From: Bdellovibrionales bacterium
GTDB taxonomy: Bacteria; Bdellovibrionota; Bdellovibrionia; Bdellovibrionales; UBA1609
Length of the DNA stretch: 64,000 nt
NCBI GenBank assembly: GCA_965203095.1
Contig: OZ241877.1
Location: 1,120,001 to 1,184,000, forward strand
Direction: 5' to 3'
The notes under the pieces are model-generated. The model was not told the origin of the DNA and did not search any database. It saw only the letters and a program-made list of their open reading frames with translations. The translations under genes and the position numbers were made by a program. Of the stretch, positions 56,384-64,000 are shown piece by piece; within the stretch, counting starts at the first letter, position 1; each line of letters starts with the position of its first letter.

Positions 56384-56629
56384 TAGTCGCCAGCGAAAAA
56401 CCTCTGTTTTTTGTCGCATAAGCAAAAGCCAGCAATGAGGATCCAAGGTGTTGTTGTTCTGAAAAAGAATGGTCCTTTGGACAAAAAAGCTAAAGAATAG
56501 GCTTTTTAAAAAAGCTTTACGGAAGGACAAACTTTTATGGATTCCCGCCTTGAGCGGGAATCCAGGAATCTTTGTCTTTCTTGTAAAACAAGGTATCTAC
56601 AAACTATAGAGGTTTTTCACGAGCGACTA
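56384..56629. repeat. Composite palindromic MITE-like element (A/B chimera plus dRS3-like unit)
   Basis: TIRs TAGTCGCCAGCGAAAAACCTCT / AGAGGTTTTTCACGAGCGACTA; left arm type A, right arm type B; TGGATTCCCGCCTTGAGCGGGAATCCA at 56538-56564. Confidence 0.85.
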
Positions 56630-56704
56630 TATTTATAGAGAAACTGTTGACAGGTTAAATTTTTACAAGTTAAGCTATTTTTCAAATAAAACAGATATAT
56701 AATA

Positions 56705-57580
56705 ATGAAAAACAATTCATTTAAAAAAAATATAAAGCATGTGAGTATTTTTTATCGCTCAAAAAATCCGTCCATTAAAAAGAAAATTCAAGAAATCTCC
56801 CTTTATTTAAAAAAACAAAATATAAGTTGTGATTTAGCCGATCTGAACGGCCAAAAACCGGCAAAAAAGCCAGATATAATGGTTTGTTTAGGTGGAGATG
56901 GTGCTTTTTTAAAAGCTGTGAAATACGGAAGTGGTGCTCCTATTTTAGGAATCAATATGGGTTCTCTTGGTTTTTTAACGCCTCATTCAGCAAAAAAAAG
57001 CTTAGATCTTTTAGAAAAAACTTTAAAAGGTCAAATGTTTTTAAAGAAAAACTTTTTTTTAAAAACCCAACTCTACAACAACAGCTCATCTAAAGGTGAA
57101 CCGGAGATCAAAACAAAAAAATTAGAAAAGACTTTTTATTCCGTCAATGACATTGTTATAGAAAGAGGGTCTTTTAGCCAGCTCATCAATGTTTCTATTT
57201 TCATAAATAAAGAATATATTTATTCTTTAAAATCCGATGGTCTGGTTATTTCCTCTCCTATTGGATCCACTGCTTACAATTTGGCCGCTGGAGGGCCTAT
57301 CCTTCATCCTAAAGCCTCCTCACTTGTGATCACTCCTATTTGTTCACACAGCCTAACCAACCGCCCTGTGGTTATCCCTGACACTTCGGAAATTTGTCTG
57401 ACTTTTGACCGCACTAAATCCTTTTTAACAATAGACGGAGAGACAAAAGAAAAACTTTTTAGCCAAAGAACAGTCCTCATTACAAAAGACAAAAGCTGTT
57501 TTCTATCCCTTGCAGAAAAAGAAAGTGGCGATGGCTTTGCTCTTCTTAGGAAAAAACTCAAGTTTGGGCAAAGGGATTAA
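56705..57580 (+). CDS. nadK: NAD kinase
   Basis: [41 protein letters not shown]. Confidence 0.95.
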   Translation: MKNNSFKKNIKHVSIFYRSKNPSIKKKIQEISLYLKKQNISCDLADLNGQKPAKKPDIMVCLGGDGAFLKAVKYGSGAPILGINMGSLGFLTPHSAKKSLDLLEKTLKGQMFLKKNFFLKTQLYNNSSSKGEPEIKTKKLEKTFYSVNDIVIERGSFSQLINVSIFINKEYIYSLKSDGLVISSPIGSTAYNLAAGGPILHPKASSLVITPICSHSLTNRPVVIPDTSEICLTFDRTKSFLTIDGETKEKLFSQRTVLITKDKSCFLSLAEKESGDGFALLRKKLKFGQRD

Positions 57581-59019
57581 ACCATATCCTCATCAGAAAA
57601 ATCCACAGAAGGCTCAAAAGGAGAGGATAACTTTTCCTCCCATTGGTTAGTGCCTTTCCAATTCATACTCATCTGGTTTTCCGATGGAGTCACTTTGTGT
57701 TTTTGGTTTTCATACTCCTTAACTTTTGAAAGCAAAATCTCTTTTGGAGAAGGCTTTTTCTCATCCTCTGTTTTGTCCGGGTCCGGGGGAGAGTGATGGC
57801 CTTCCAACAAATGGCTTTCTTTATCTGAATCCGCTAAAGGTAAAGGGCTGGCCCTCTCTGGTGGGAAAGGAGGAGGGGACTGATTCTCTTGATTCTCCTG
57901 ATTTTCAGGAAGCGGTGGTTCTTGAATAGTTGGTTCTCTATAAGACTCCTCTTCAAACTCCATTTTTCTGTCCGGAAATAGGCTTTTCCCCTCTAAAGAT
58001 TCCCCTTCAGGGGAAGAGTTGGATAAAGAAGGCTCTACAGGCAAAGCCTTCTCCTCTACCCTTTGAAAGCCTGTAGCAATGACTGTCACTGACAACTTCT
58101 CTCCTAAACTCTCATCAATCACTGCCCCCACGATCACATCCGCGACCTCATCCGCCATATTCGTGAGAACAGAGCTGGCCTCTTGCACCTCCCTTAAAGA
58201 CAAATTGGATCCCGCAGTGATATTGACAATCATCCCTGTAGCCCCTTGGATAGAGACACCCTCTAAAAGAGGAGAGGATATAGCGGTATGAATGGCTTTT
58301 TTGGCCCTCTCTTTTCCTTCAGAAATACCTTGACCCATAAGTGCCATTCCCTTATCTGTCATTACTGTTTTTATATCCGCAAAATCCAAATTGATCAGAC
58401 CAGGGACACTTACCAACTCCGCTATGCCTTTAACTGCTTTTAACAAAACCTCATCAGTGAGTTTAAAAGTTTCCAGCAACGGAGTGTCTTGTTCAGATAT
58501 TTTCAACAGTTTTTCATTAGGTGCCACAATTAAAGTATCTACATAATTTCTCAATTCTCTAATTCCTTTTTCCGCCTGTCTCATTCTTTTTGGCCCTTCA
58601 AAAACAAAAGGCTTCGTGACGATGCCCACAGTTAGCAAACCCAACTCATCCGCCGCCTGAGCCACAAGAGGAGCACCTCCTGTGCCTGTGCCTCCTCCCA
58701 TACCAGCAGTCACAAAAACCATATCTGCACCCTTAAGAGCTTGAACAATTTCCTCATAAGATTCCACCGCGGCTCTTCGGCCCACTTCAGGATTGGCTCC
58801 TGCCCCAAGGCCCTTAGTGAGTTTCACACCTAACTGAATTTTTGTTTCCGCAGAAGATCTATCTAAAGCCTGATGATCGGTGTTAACAGCTATATATTTA
58901 ACACCTTTAATGCCTTCTTTAATCATTGTTTGAACGGCATTACTCCCTCCTCCACCAACTCCTACAATGCGAATATCCGCTTTGGACTGATTTTTTGTTT
59001 CATCTTCCAGGATAAACAT
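57577..59019 (-). CDS. ftsZ: Cell division protein FtsZ
   Basis: [25 protein letters not shown]; strong AGGAGG RBS. Confidence 0.98.
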   Translation of the reverse strand: MFILEDETKNQSKADIRIVGVGGGGSNAVQTMIKEGIKGVKYIAVNTDHQALDRSSAETKIQLGVKLTKGLGAGANPEVGRRAAVESYEEIVQALKGADMVFVTAGMGGGTGTGGAPLVAQAADELGLLTVGIVTKPFVFEGPKRMRQAEKGIRELRNYVDTLIVAPNEKLLKISEQDTPLLETFKLTDEVLLKAVKGIAELVSVPGLINLDFADIKTVMTDKGMALMGQGISEGKERAKKAIHTAISSPLLEGVSIQGATGMIVNITAGSNLSLREVQEASSVLTNMADEVADVIVGAVIDESLGEKLSVTVIATGFQRVEEKALPVEPSLSNSSPEGESLEGKSLFPDRKMEFEEESYREPTIQEPPLPENQENQENQSPPPFPPERASPLPLADSDKESHLLEGHHSPPDPDKTEDEKKPSPKEILLSKVKEYENQKHKVTPSENQMSMNWKGTNQWEEKLSSPFEPSVDFSDEDMV

Positions 59020-59040
59020 AAGCACCTCCTCCTTAAGGTT

Positions 59041-60216
59041 TTAAAACAGATCTTTCCAAACAAATTTTTTACTATGGAAATTTTGTTTTGGAACTGTTGT
59101 ATGGTTTTCTAAATAAGCCTGCTCGGCCAAAGCCCAATTATTGGTTTGTCTAAAGTTTTCATACATATTTTTTGCCAGTTTTACTGGACCTCCTAAACAA
59201 AAATCAGATAGTTCTTTAAAGCCGGGGAGAAAAGCTGTTCCTCCAGTAAAAACAAAACCAGAGGATATTTTATCTATGAGCTTATCAGGTTCTACCTGGG
59301 CTTTGATTTGATCCAAAAGTTTTTCTGCTGTTTTTTCCAAAGTTTGAGAAAAGATCTTTCGTGATAAATATAAAGACTCTTCCCATTCTATAGAATTTTC
59401 CTCTGCGTAAGAATTAAAAATTAACTGGCCCTTGGCCTCTTTCAATCGCTCTGCCGATTCCAAAGAAAGATTGAATTGAGAGGCTAAGTCCTGACTGAAA
59501 TGATAGCCCCCTATGGGAATAATAAACATTTTTTCTGTCCGGCCATTAAGATAAACTATCCCTCGTGTGCTTTTGTAGCCTATATCACAAAGGCAAACCC
59601 CGTTTTTCTTTTCACGAAAGCTTGTGAGAGAATGGCCGAAGGCCACAAGGTTATGAAAAAAAGACATAGGTTTATACCCCAATAACTTTAAAGCTTTTAT
59701 TATATCTCTACAATAAAATTGAGGAACTGTCACAAGGCAAACCTCTGTTTCTAAACGAAGGCCGGAAAGCCCTAAAGGGTTTAATATATTTTTTTGCTTA
59801 TCAACACAAAAAGACTCTGGCTGGCTATGTAAACAAATATTCCGCTGAGGCAAAGGGACTGCACAAGCTGTTTGAACAGCTAAATCTAAATCCGCTTTTG
59901 TCACCTCCCTTGAAGGCAAAACAGCCATACCTTGAGAACGAAAAAAATGAAAAGGTGGACTAAAGCCCAGAAAAATTTCAGAAAAAGCACTTTTGCAAAG
60001 CTCTTCCCCCTTCTCTAAAACTTCACCAAGGGCCAGGTGAAAACTCTCAAAATGGTTGACTCGAGATTCTTGCAAGCCAACAGAAGGCTTTTCTACCCAA
60101 GCCAAAAGTTCTAAAGGAAAGGAGTTGCCCTTCTGAAAAACAGCACAACGAATAGAGTAAGAACCTATATCTAAGCTGGCTAAAAGACGACTATCATTTA
60201 ATTTAAACCAGGACAT
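59041..60216 (-). CDS. ftsA: Cell division protein FtsA (divergent)
   Basis: LDIGS, NPLGLSG.RLE, DIG, IGG, TGG, amphipathic C-terminus; lies between ftsQ and ftsZ. Confidence 0.88.
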   Translation of the reverse strand: MSWFKLNDSRLLASLDIGSYSIRCAVFQKGNSFPLELLAWVEKPSVGLQESRVNHFESFHLALGEVLEKGEELCKSAFSEIFLGFSPPFHFFRSQGMAVLPSREVTKADLDLAVQTACAVPLPQRNICLHSQPESFCVDKQKNILNPLGLSGLRLETEVCLVTVPQFYCRDIIKALKLLGYKPMSFFHNLVAFGHSLTSFREKKNGVCLCDIGYKSTRGIVYLNGRTEKMFIIPIGGYHFSQDLASQFNLSLESAERLKEAKGQLIFNSYAEENSIEWEESLYLSRKIFSQTLEKTAEKLLDQIKAQVEPDKLIDKISSGFVFTGGTAFLPGFKELSDFCLGGPVKLAKNMYENFRQTNNWALAEQAYLENHTTVPKQNFHSKKFVWKDLF

Positions 60217-60265
60217 TGTTCCTCTGCCAACAAGTGGCTTTCCAATGATAGAATTAAGTTTAAAC

Positions 60266-61000
60266 TCAATTTAAATTTTTGACAACAATTTTTTTGTCCC
60301 AACGGGCATCAATTAAGCCTTCTTTCCTCCCCTGTTGATGAAGATAGTTTAACACAAAATCAATGTTTTTAATTTGCCCTGGCAATAAAGGGTCTTTTAG
60401 CTCTACAATAAAATGAGACGAGACAAGATAAATCCACCAGCTGTCATTGGCCCCGTTATAATAGATTTCAGAAATATTTTTAGCAGAAAGAGGCTGACCC
60501 TTCTCAGGAATGGAAAAAATAATAGAAAGTGCTCTTTTCCTCAACTTTAGTTGCTTCCAAAACTGATCCCCTCTTAGAATAGGAAAATCAAAGGACTCCC
60601 CCGGACCTTTTTTAGAGCCGATCTCTCCTCTGTGAGAGATTGGGTAAAAACCTCCGTCCTCTTTCATTAAAATAAGAACAGCATTTTTTTTTGTCAAAAA
60701 TACATTTATTTGATTAGGGAATTTTCGAGTGGCGGAAATATCAGCCTCTCTGTAAAGGGAGTTTATTTGCTCAACCAAATTCTGTAAAGACACTTGCCAA
60801 AGGAGTTTCCCTTTATAAGCCTGCACAAGAGATAAAATCTCCTGCTCTTTTTGCCTATAAAACTTATCCGCTTTGAGCTTTTCTCCAGCCTTTAGTCTCA
60901 CTATAGAAATTTTGGAAAAAGGGCCTAAAAAAGTGTAAACAGTAAAGGCAAGTAATAAAAAAGAGACTCCAATCAAAAAGACAGTTTTTGCCTTCTTCAT
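60266..61000 (-). CDS. ftsQ: Cell division protein FtsQ/DivIB
   Basis: TM segment, POTRA-like RKFPN, C-terminal IDAR..KIVVK; ddl-ftsQ-ftsA synteny. Confidence 0.82.
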   Translation of the reverse strand: MKKAKTVFLIGVSFLLLAFTVYTFLGPFSKISIVRLKAGEKLKADKFYRQKEQEILSLVQAYKGKLLWQVSLQNLVEQINSLYREADISATRKFPNQINVFLTKKNAVLILMKEDGGFYPISHRGEIGSKKGPGESFDFPILRGDQFWKQLKLRKRALSIIFSIPEKGQPLSAKNISEIYYNGANDSWWIYLVSSHFIVELKDPLLPGQIKNIDFVLNYLHQQGRKEGLIDARWDKKIVVKNLN

Positions 61001-61009
61001 ATCTATTAC

Positions 61010-61939
61010 CTAAAACTTATAATCCGTATCTGCTAAATGAACAATTTTTTGAATAAGCTCCGGAAAATCTATCCCGTCATATTGAGCGGACTTAGGTAAA
61101 AGAGAGTTTTTTGTAAGCCCCGGTAAAGTGTTCACTTCAATCAGCCAGGGAGTTTTATCCTTTTCCAACAAAAAATCCGCACGAGCGTAAGAGTAAATGG
61201 GTAAAGATCGAAAAACTCTCTCTGCAAGGGATTTTATTTTTTCTAAAACAAGAGGATCTATTCGAGGGGGGATAAAATAAGAGGACTTCCCTTTAATATA
61301 TTTTCTTTTATAGTCGTAAAATTCCCCTTTTGGCTCAATTTCCACAGGAGTTAAAATTTGCCCATCTAAAAAAGAGACAGCTATCTCCCGGCAGTGGGGC
61401 AAATAATCCTCAATAAAAACTGGTGAGCCAATCTGTTTTGCCTTTTTCACAAAGGGCAAAACCTGCTTCTTCTCCTTAACAATATAAGTGGCCAGCGAAG
61501 ATCCCCCGTGAGAGGATTTAACAACTACAGGATAAGCAAAATCGGTTTTGGTTGAGCCTGTAGGGGGAACAACATAAAAATCAGGAGTGGGAAATTTATT
61601 TTGAATCAGCCAGTTTTTAAAAAAGATCTTATCCATACATAAACTGCTGGCCAAAATGCCACTTCCTGTATAAGGAATTTTTAAAAATTCAAAAAGAGAC
61701 TGCAAACAACCGTCTTCACCATAAGGCCCATGAACAGCCAAAAAAGCCAGATCGGGTTTTTCAGATAGCAAAAGCTGAGGTAGGTTTTGATTGGCTGAGG
61801 CCATAAAATATTTATAACCTAACTGGACTAAAGCCTGGGCCACAGCTTTTGCACTCTCCCGGCTCACTTCAGCCTCTAAGCCTAAGTCATTTTGAATAAG
61901 AGCTATATTCTTTTGGGTTGCTATATTTTTTTTACTCAT
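61010..61939 (-). CDS. ddl: D-alanine-D-alanine ligase
   Basis: HGPYGEDG, IPYTGSG, MDKI, YDY..KY, RADF, EVNTLPGLT. Confidence 0.95.
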   Translation of the reverse strand: MSKKNIATQKNIALIQNDLGLEAEVSRESAKAVAQALVQLGYKYFMASANQNLPQLLLSEKPDLAFLAVHGPYGEDGCLQSLFEFLKIPYTGSGILASSLCMDKIFFKNWLIQNKFPTPDFYVVPPTGSTKTDFAYPVVVKSSHGGSSLATYIVKEKKQVLPFVKKAKQIGSPVFIEDYLPHCREIAVSFLDGQILTPVEIEPKGEFYDYKRKYIKGKSSYFIPPRIDPLVLEKIKSLAERVFRSLPIYSYARADFLLEKDKTPWLIEVNTLPGLTKNSLLPKSAQYDGIDFPELIQKIVHLADTDYKF

Positions 61940-61952
61940 AGTTTTTAGCTAT

Positions 61953-64000
61953 TTATAACTCTGCATCTTCAATAGAAGTGCAAACTTTATAATCAACTCC
62001 TATGCTTTCAAAGTGTGCCTTCCCGCACTGAATTTTTTTACTTTCCAAAGCTCGTAAGCCCAATTTATCTAAAGAGGATTTTGTTTCTCGTATCATATAA
62101 ACAATATCTCCATTTTGTTTGAGAATAGCCCAATCAGGGTTATATTCCCCAACGGGAGTTGAGACTTTAAACCAGCCAGGGAGTTTAATAAAATACTTTA
62201 TATTGCTCATATTCTCAAGAGCCTCTGCAAAACTTTTTTCAGGATGGGATTCATAATAGATATAATCATAAACTGATTTTTTAGTAGGTATAATTTTATC
62301 ATCTATAAATTCCATTTTATGCTCTTCATCTTCAAACCGAGACATTTCATAAGACTCTTTATCTAACTTTTCATATTTAATGCCTTCAATAACCAATTGG
62401 TTTAACACAGTTTTTATCTCCTTAACAACCAAATCCATAAATTTTTGCGGATTAGAAATAAAATCGTCCCACCTCTTGGATTGATCTAAAATTTTAAAAA
62501 TCGTTTTTCTGGTGATAGGGATTCTATCTTGAATATAAGATAAAATATCAGGAATCTTGTTTCTCTCCGGAAGATCATAATGATCCGGTGTTTTTGTGAG
62601 ATGAGCTTTTACACCTTTGGTTTTAAGTTCAATATCCACCTCAGAAACAGAAATTTTAATCGGTTGCACAGCTTCCATATTATAAATGGCCTTTCCTGCT
62701 TTTTTTATTAAGTCTTTTGAATCGTAATAAACATTATAAAATGTTTTTTTAGATATAGCTTTCCAAAATTTTTTAAATTCAGGATCTAACAAGGTTTTTT
62801 TATTTAAGCCTGCCCGTTTTTTTGTTTTATATTTCCGAATGTATCTTCCTGATTGGTATTCCTCCACTCTGCAAATAATCTCACTACGAATATTTTTAAA
62901 ATTTTTAGAAACTAAAAAATGATTGTTTTGGACAGCTTTTGCAAATTCTTCCTTAATCACCCCCTCATTAGACAGATAAGATAATTCTTTAAGCTCCTTC
63001 CATATTGCTTTAGATTCTTCTAAACGGATTTGATGTTCTTTTCCCTGTTTTTTAAAAGAGATTCCAACAAATGCATTGGTAGGCAAAGCTCCAAAAACAA
63101 AACCGCATTCCTCTTCAAACTCTTTTTGCAAACTGTTTACAAAACTATCATAACTTTCATTAGCTATAACAATCAAATTGTTAATCAAATCATCCTGCAC
63201 TCTTTCACCTTTTTGATTGACAGGAAGTCTTAAACCTCTTCCAATTTCTTGTCTTTTTTTTAAGGTAGAACCAGTTTCGTTTAATGTGCAGATTTGAAAA
63301 ATGTTGGGGTTATCCCAACCTTCTCTTAAAGCGGAATGAGTAAAAATAAACTTTAAAGGATTGTTAATGTCTAATAGTTTTTCTTTTTCTTTCATAATTA
63401 AATTATAGGTATTTGTATCTTCTTTAGTATCTCCTTTAGTATTTTTAAAATGACCTTTTTTATCTTTGGAAAAATATCCATTATGAACTATGGAAACCGA
63501 TCCCATATCTTGCTCTTTTTTATATTTTTTAGATAACTCCTTATAAATTTCTTCAAACCATTTCCCGTAAATTCCTAAAGAAACATTTCCTGCATTATAA
63601 ACTCTGTAATTTTCTACACGATCCAAAAAAAAGAGAGATAAAACTTTTATTCCTGTTCCCTTTAACTGAGCTTCTTTTTCAAAATGAGTTTCTATGGTTT
63701 TCCTGATCTGAGCCTTTACTACTTCTTTTTTAAAACCTCCCTGTTCCTGTTTTTCTGCAATTTTTAAGCCATTAGAAAACTTAACAAACTCATTGCCTGG
63801 TTTACAGCTAATTTCATTGACCTTAAACCCATATTTATAAATAGGATTTTCATCTGAATAAACAAATAAATCGTCATTCTGCCTACAGTTTTTATTTACT
63901 AATTTTCGCCCTTCTTTTGTATTTTTAAAAAACTGGATTTGTGAAGTGATCTTGTTGTTTTTATTAGTGATCTTTAAAACTTTTATATAGGCTTGTGTAG
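61953..64000 (-). CDS. res: Type III restriction endonuclease Res subunit (5' part outside the window)
   Basis: Frame continues upstream of the listed start (QIRKTIETH..KE..GIKVLSLFFLDRVENYR); FIFTHSALREGWDNPNIFQICTL, QEIGRGLRL, YNPDWA..ETK. Confidence 0.93.
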   Translation of the reverse strand, partial: TQAYIKVLKITNKNNKITSQIQFFKNTKEGRKLVNKNCRQNDDLFVYSDENPIYKYGFKVNEISCKPGNEFVKFSNGLKIAEKQEQGGFKKEVVKAQIRKTIETHFEKEAQLKGTGIKVLSLFFLDRVENYRVYNAGNVSLGIYGKWFEEIYKELSKKYKKEQDMGSVSIVHNGYFSKDKKGHFKNTKGDTKEDTNTYNLIMKEKEKLLDINNPLKFIFTHSALREGWDNPNIFQICTLNETGSTLKKRQEIGRGLRLPVNQKGERVQDDLINNLIVIANESYDSFVNSLQKEFEEECGFVFGALPTNAFVGISFKKQGKEHQIRLEESKAIWKELKELSYLSNEGVIKEEFAKAVQNNHFLVSKNFKNIRSEIICRVEEYQSGRYIRKYKTKKRAGLNKKTLLDPEFKKFWKAISKKTFYNVYYDSKDLIKKAGKAIYNMEAVQPIKISVSEVDIELKTKGVKAHLTKTPDHYDLPERNKIPDILSYIQDRIPITRKTIFKILDQSKRWDDFISNPQKFMDLVVKEIKTVLNQLVIEGIKYEKLDKESYEMSRFEDEEHKMEFIDDKIIPTKKSVYDYIYYESHPEKSFAEALENMSNIKYFIKLPGWFKVSTPVGEYNPDWAILKQNGDIVYMIRETKSSLDKLGLRALESKKIQCGKAHFESIGVDYKVCTSIEDAEL

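Noticed and set aside
6101..56629. Repeats as a CRISPR array or integron attC sites
   Set aside because: Copies are dispersed, not regularly spaced; no cas or intI gene and no RYYYAAC/GTTRRRY boxes
484..63233. Numerous 60-150 aa ORFs antisense to or overlapping recognised genes
   Set aside because: Shadow ORFs with no recognisable motifs
63625..63632. A8 tract in res as a phase-variation switch
   Set aside because: The tract is in frame, and A/T runs of this length are common throughout this AT-rich window

Overview
AT-rich bacterial chromosomal window. Protein style and the FtsZ tail suggest a Bdellovibrionota-like lineage (inference, not searched). The backbone is housekeeping: gatA end/gatB, ppx, tRNA-Phe, a transsulfuration enzyme, PBP1A, UvrA2, holA, a probable 6S RNA, addAB, dciA, comF, nrdAB, murE, prpD, fliA/fliL, menDF, tRNA-Arg, NfeD/SPFH, nadK and ddl-ftsQ-ftsA-ftsZ. 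Accessory DNA interrupts it in four places. (i) A tandem pair of secreted trypsin+Sel1 proteases at 14.4-16.8 kb. (ii) A defence island at 16.8-26 kb with a Dsr1-like sirtuin, a C5-MTase plus small PD-(D/E)XK nuclease, and a dead second R-M system (IS630 inside the MTase; only a C-terminal remnant of a HinP1I-like endonuclease). (iii) An ABC-type ATPase + PIN-domain two-gene cassette between nfeD and its SPFH partner, the best candidate for an undescribed defence or toxin-antitoxin system. (iv) A type III restriction subunit directly upstream of ddl. Intergenic DNA holds three small repeat families: ~75-bp IS630-derived MITEs, dRS3-like ATTCCC-N8/9-GGGAAT palindromes, and a 120-250-bp element with TIRs whose conserved ~29-nt core sits in interchangeable hairpin arms.
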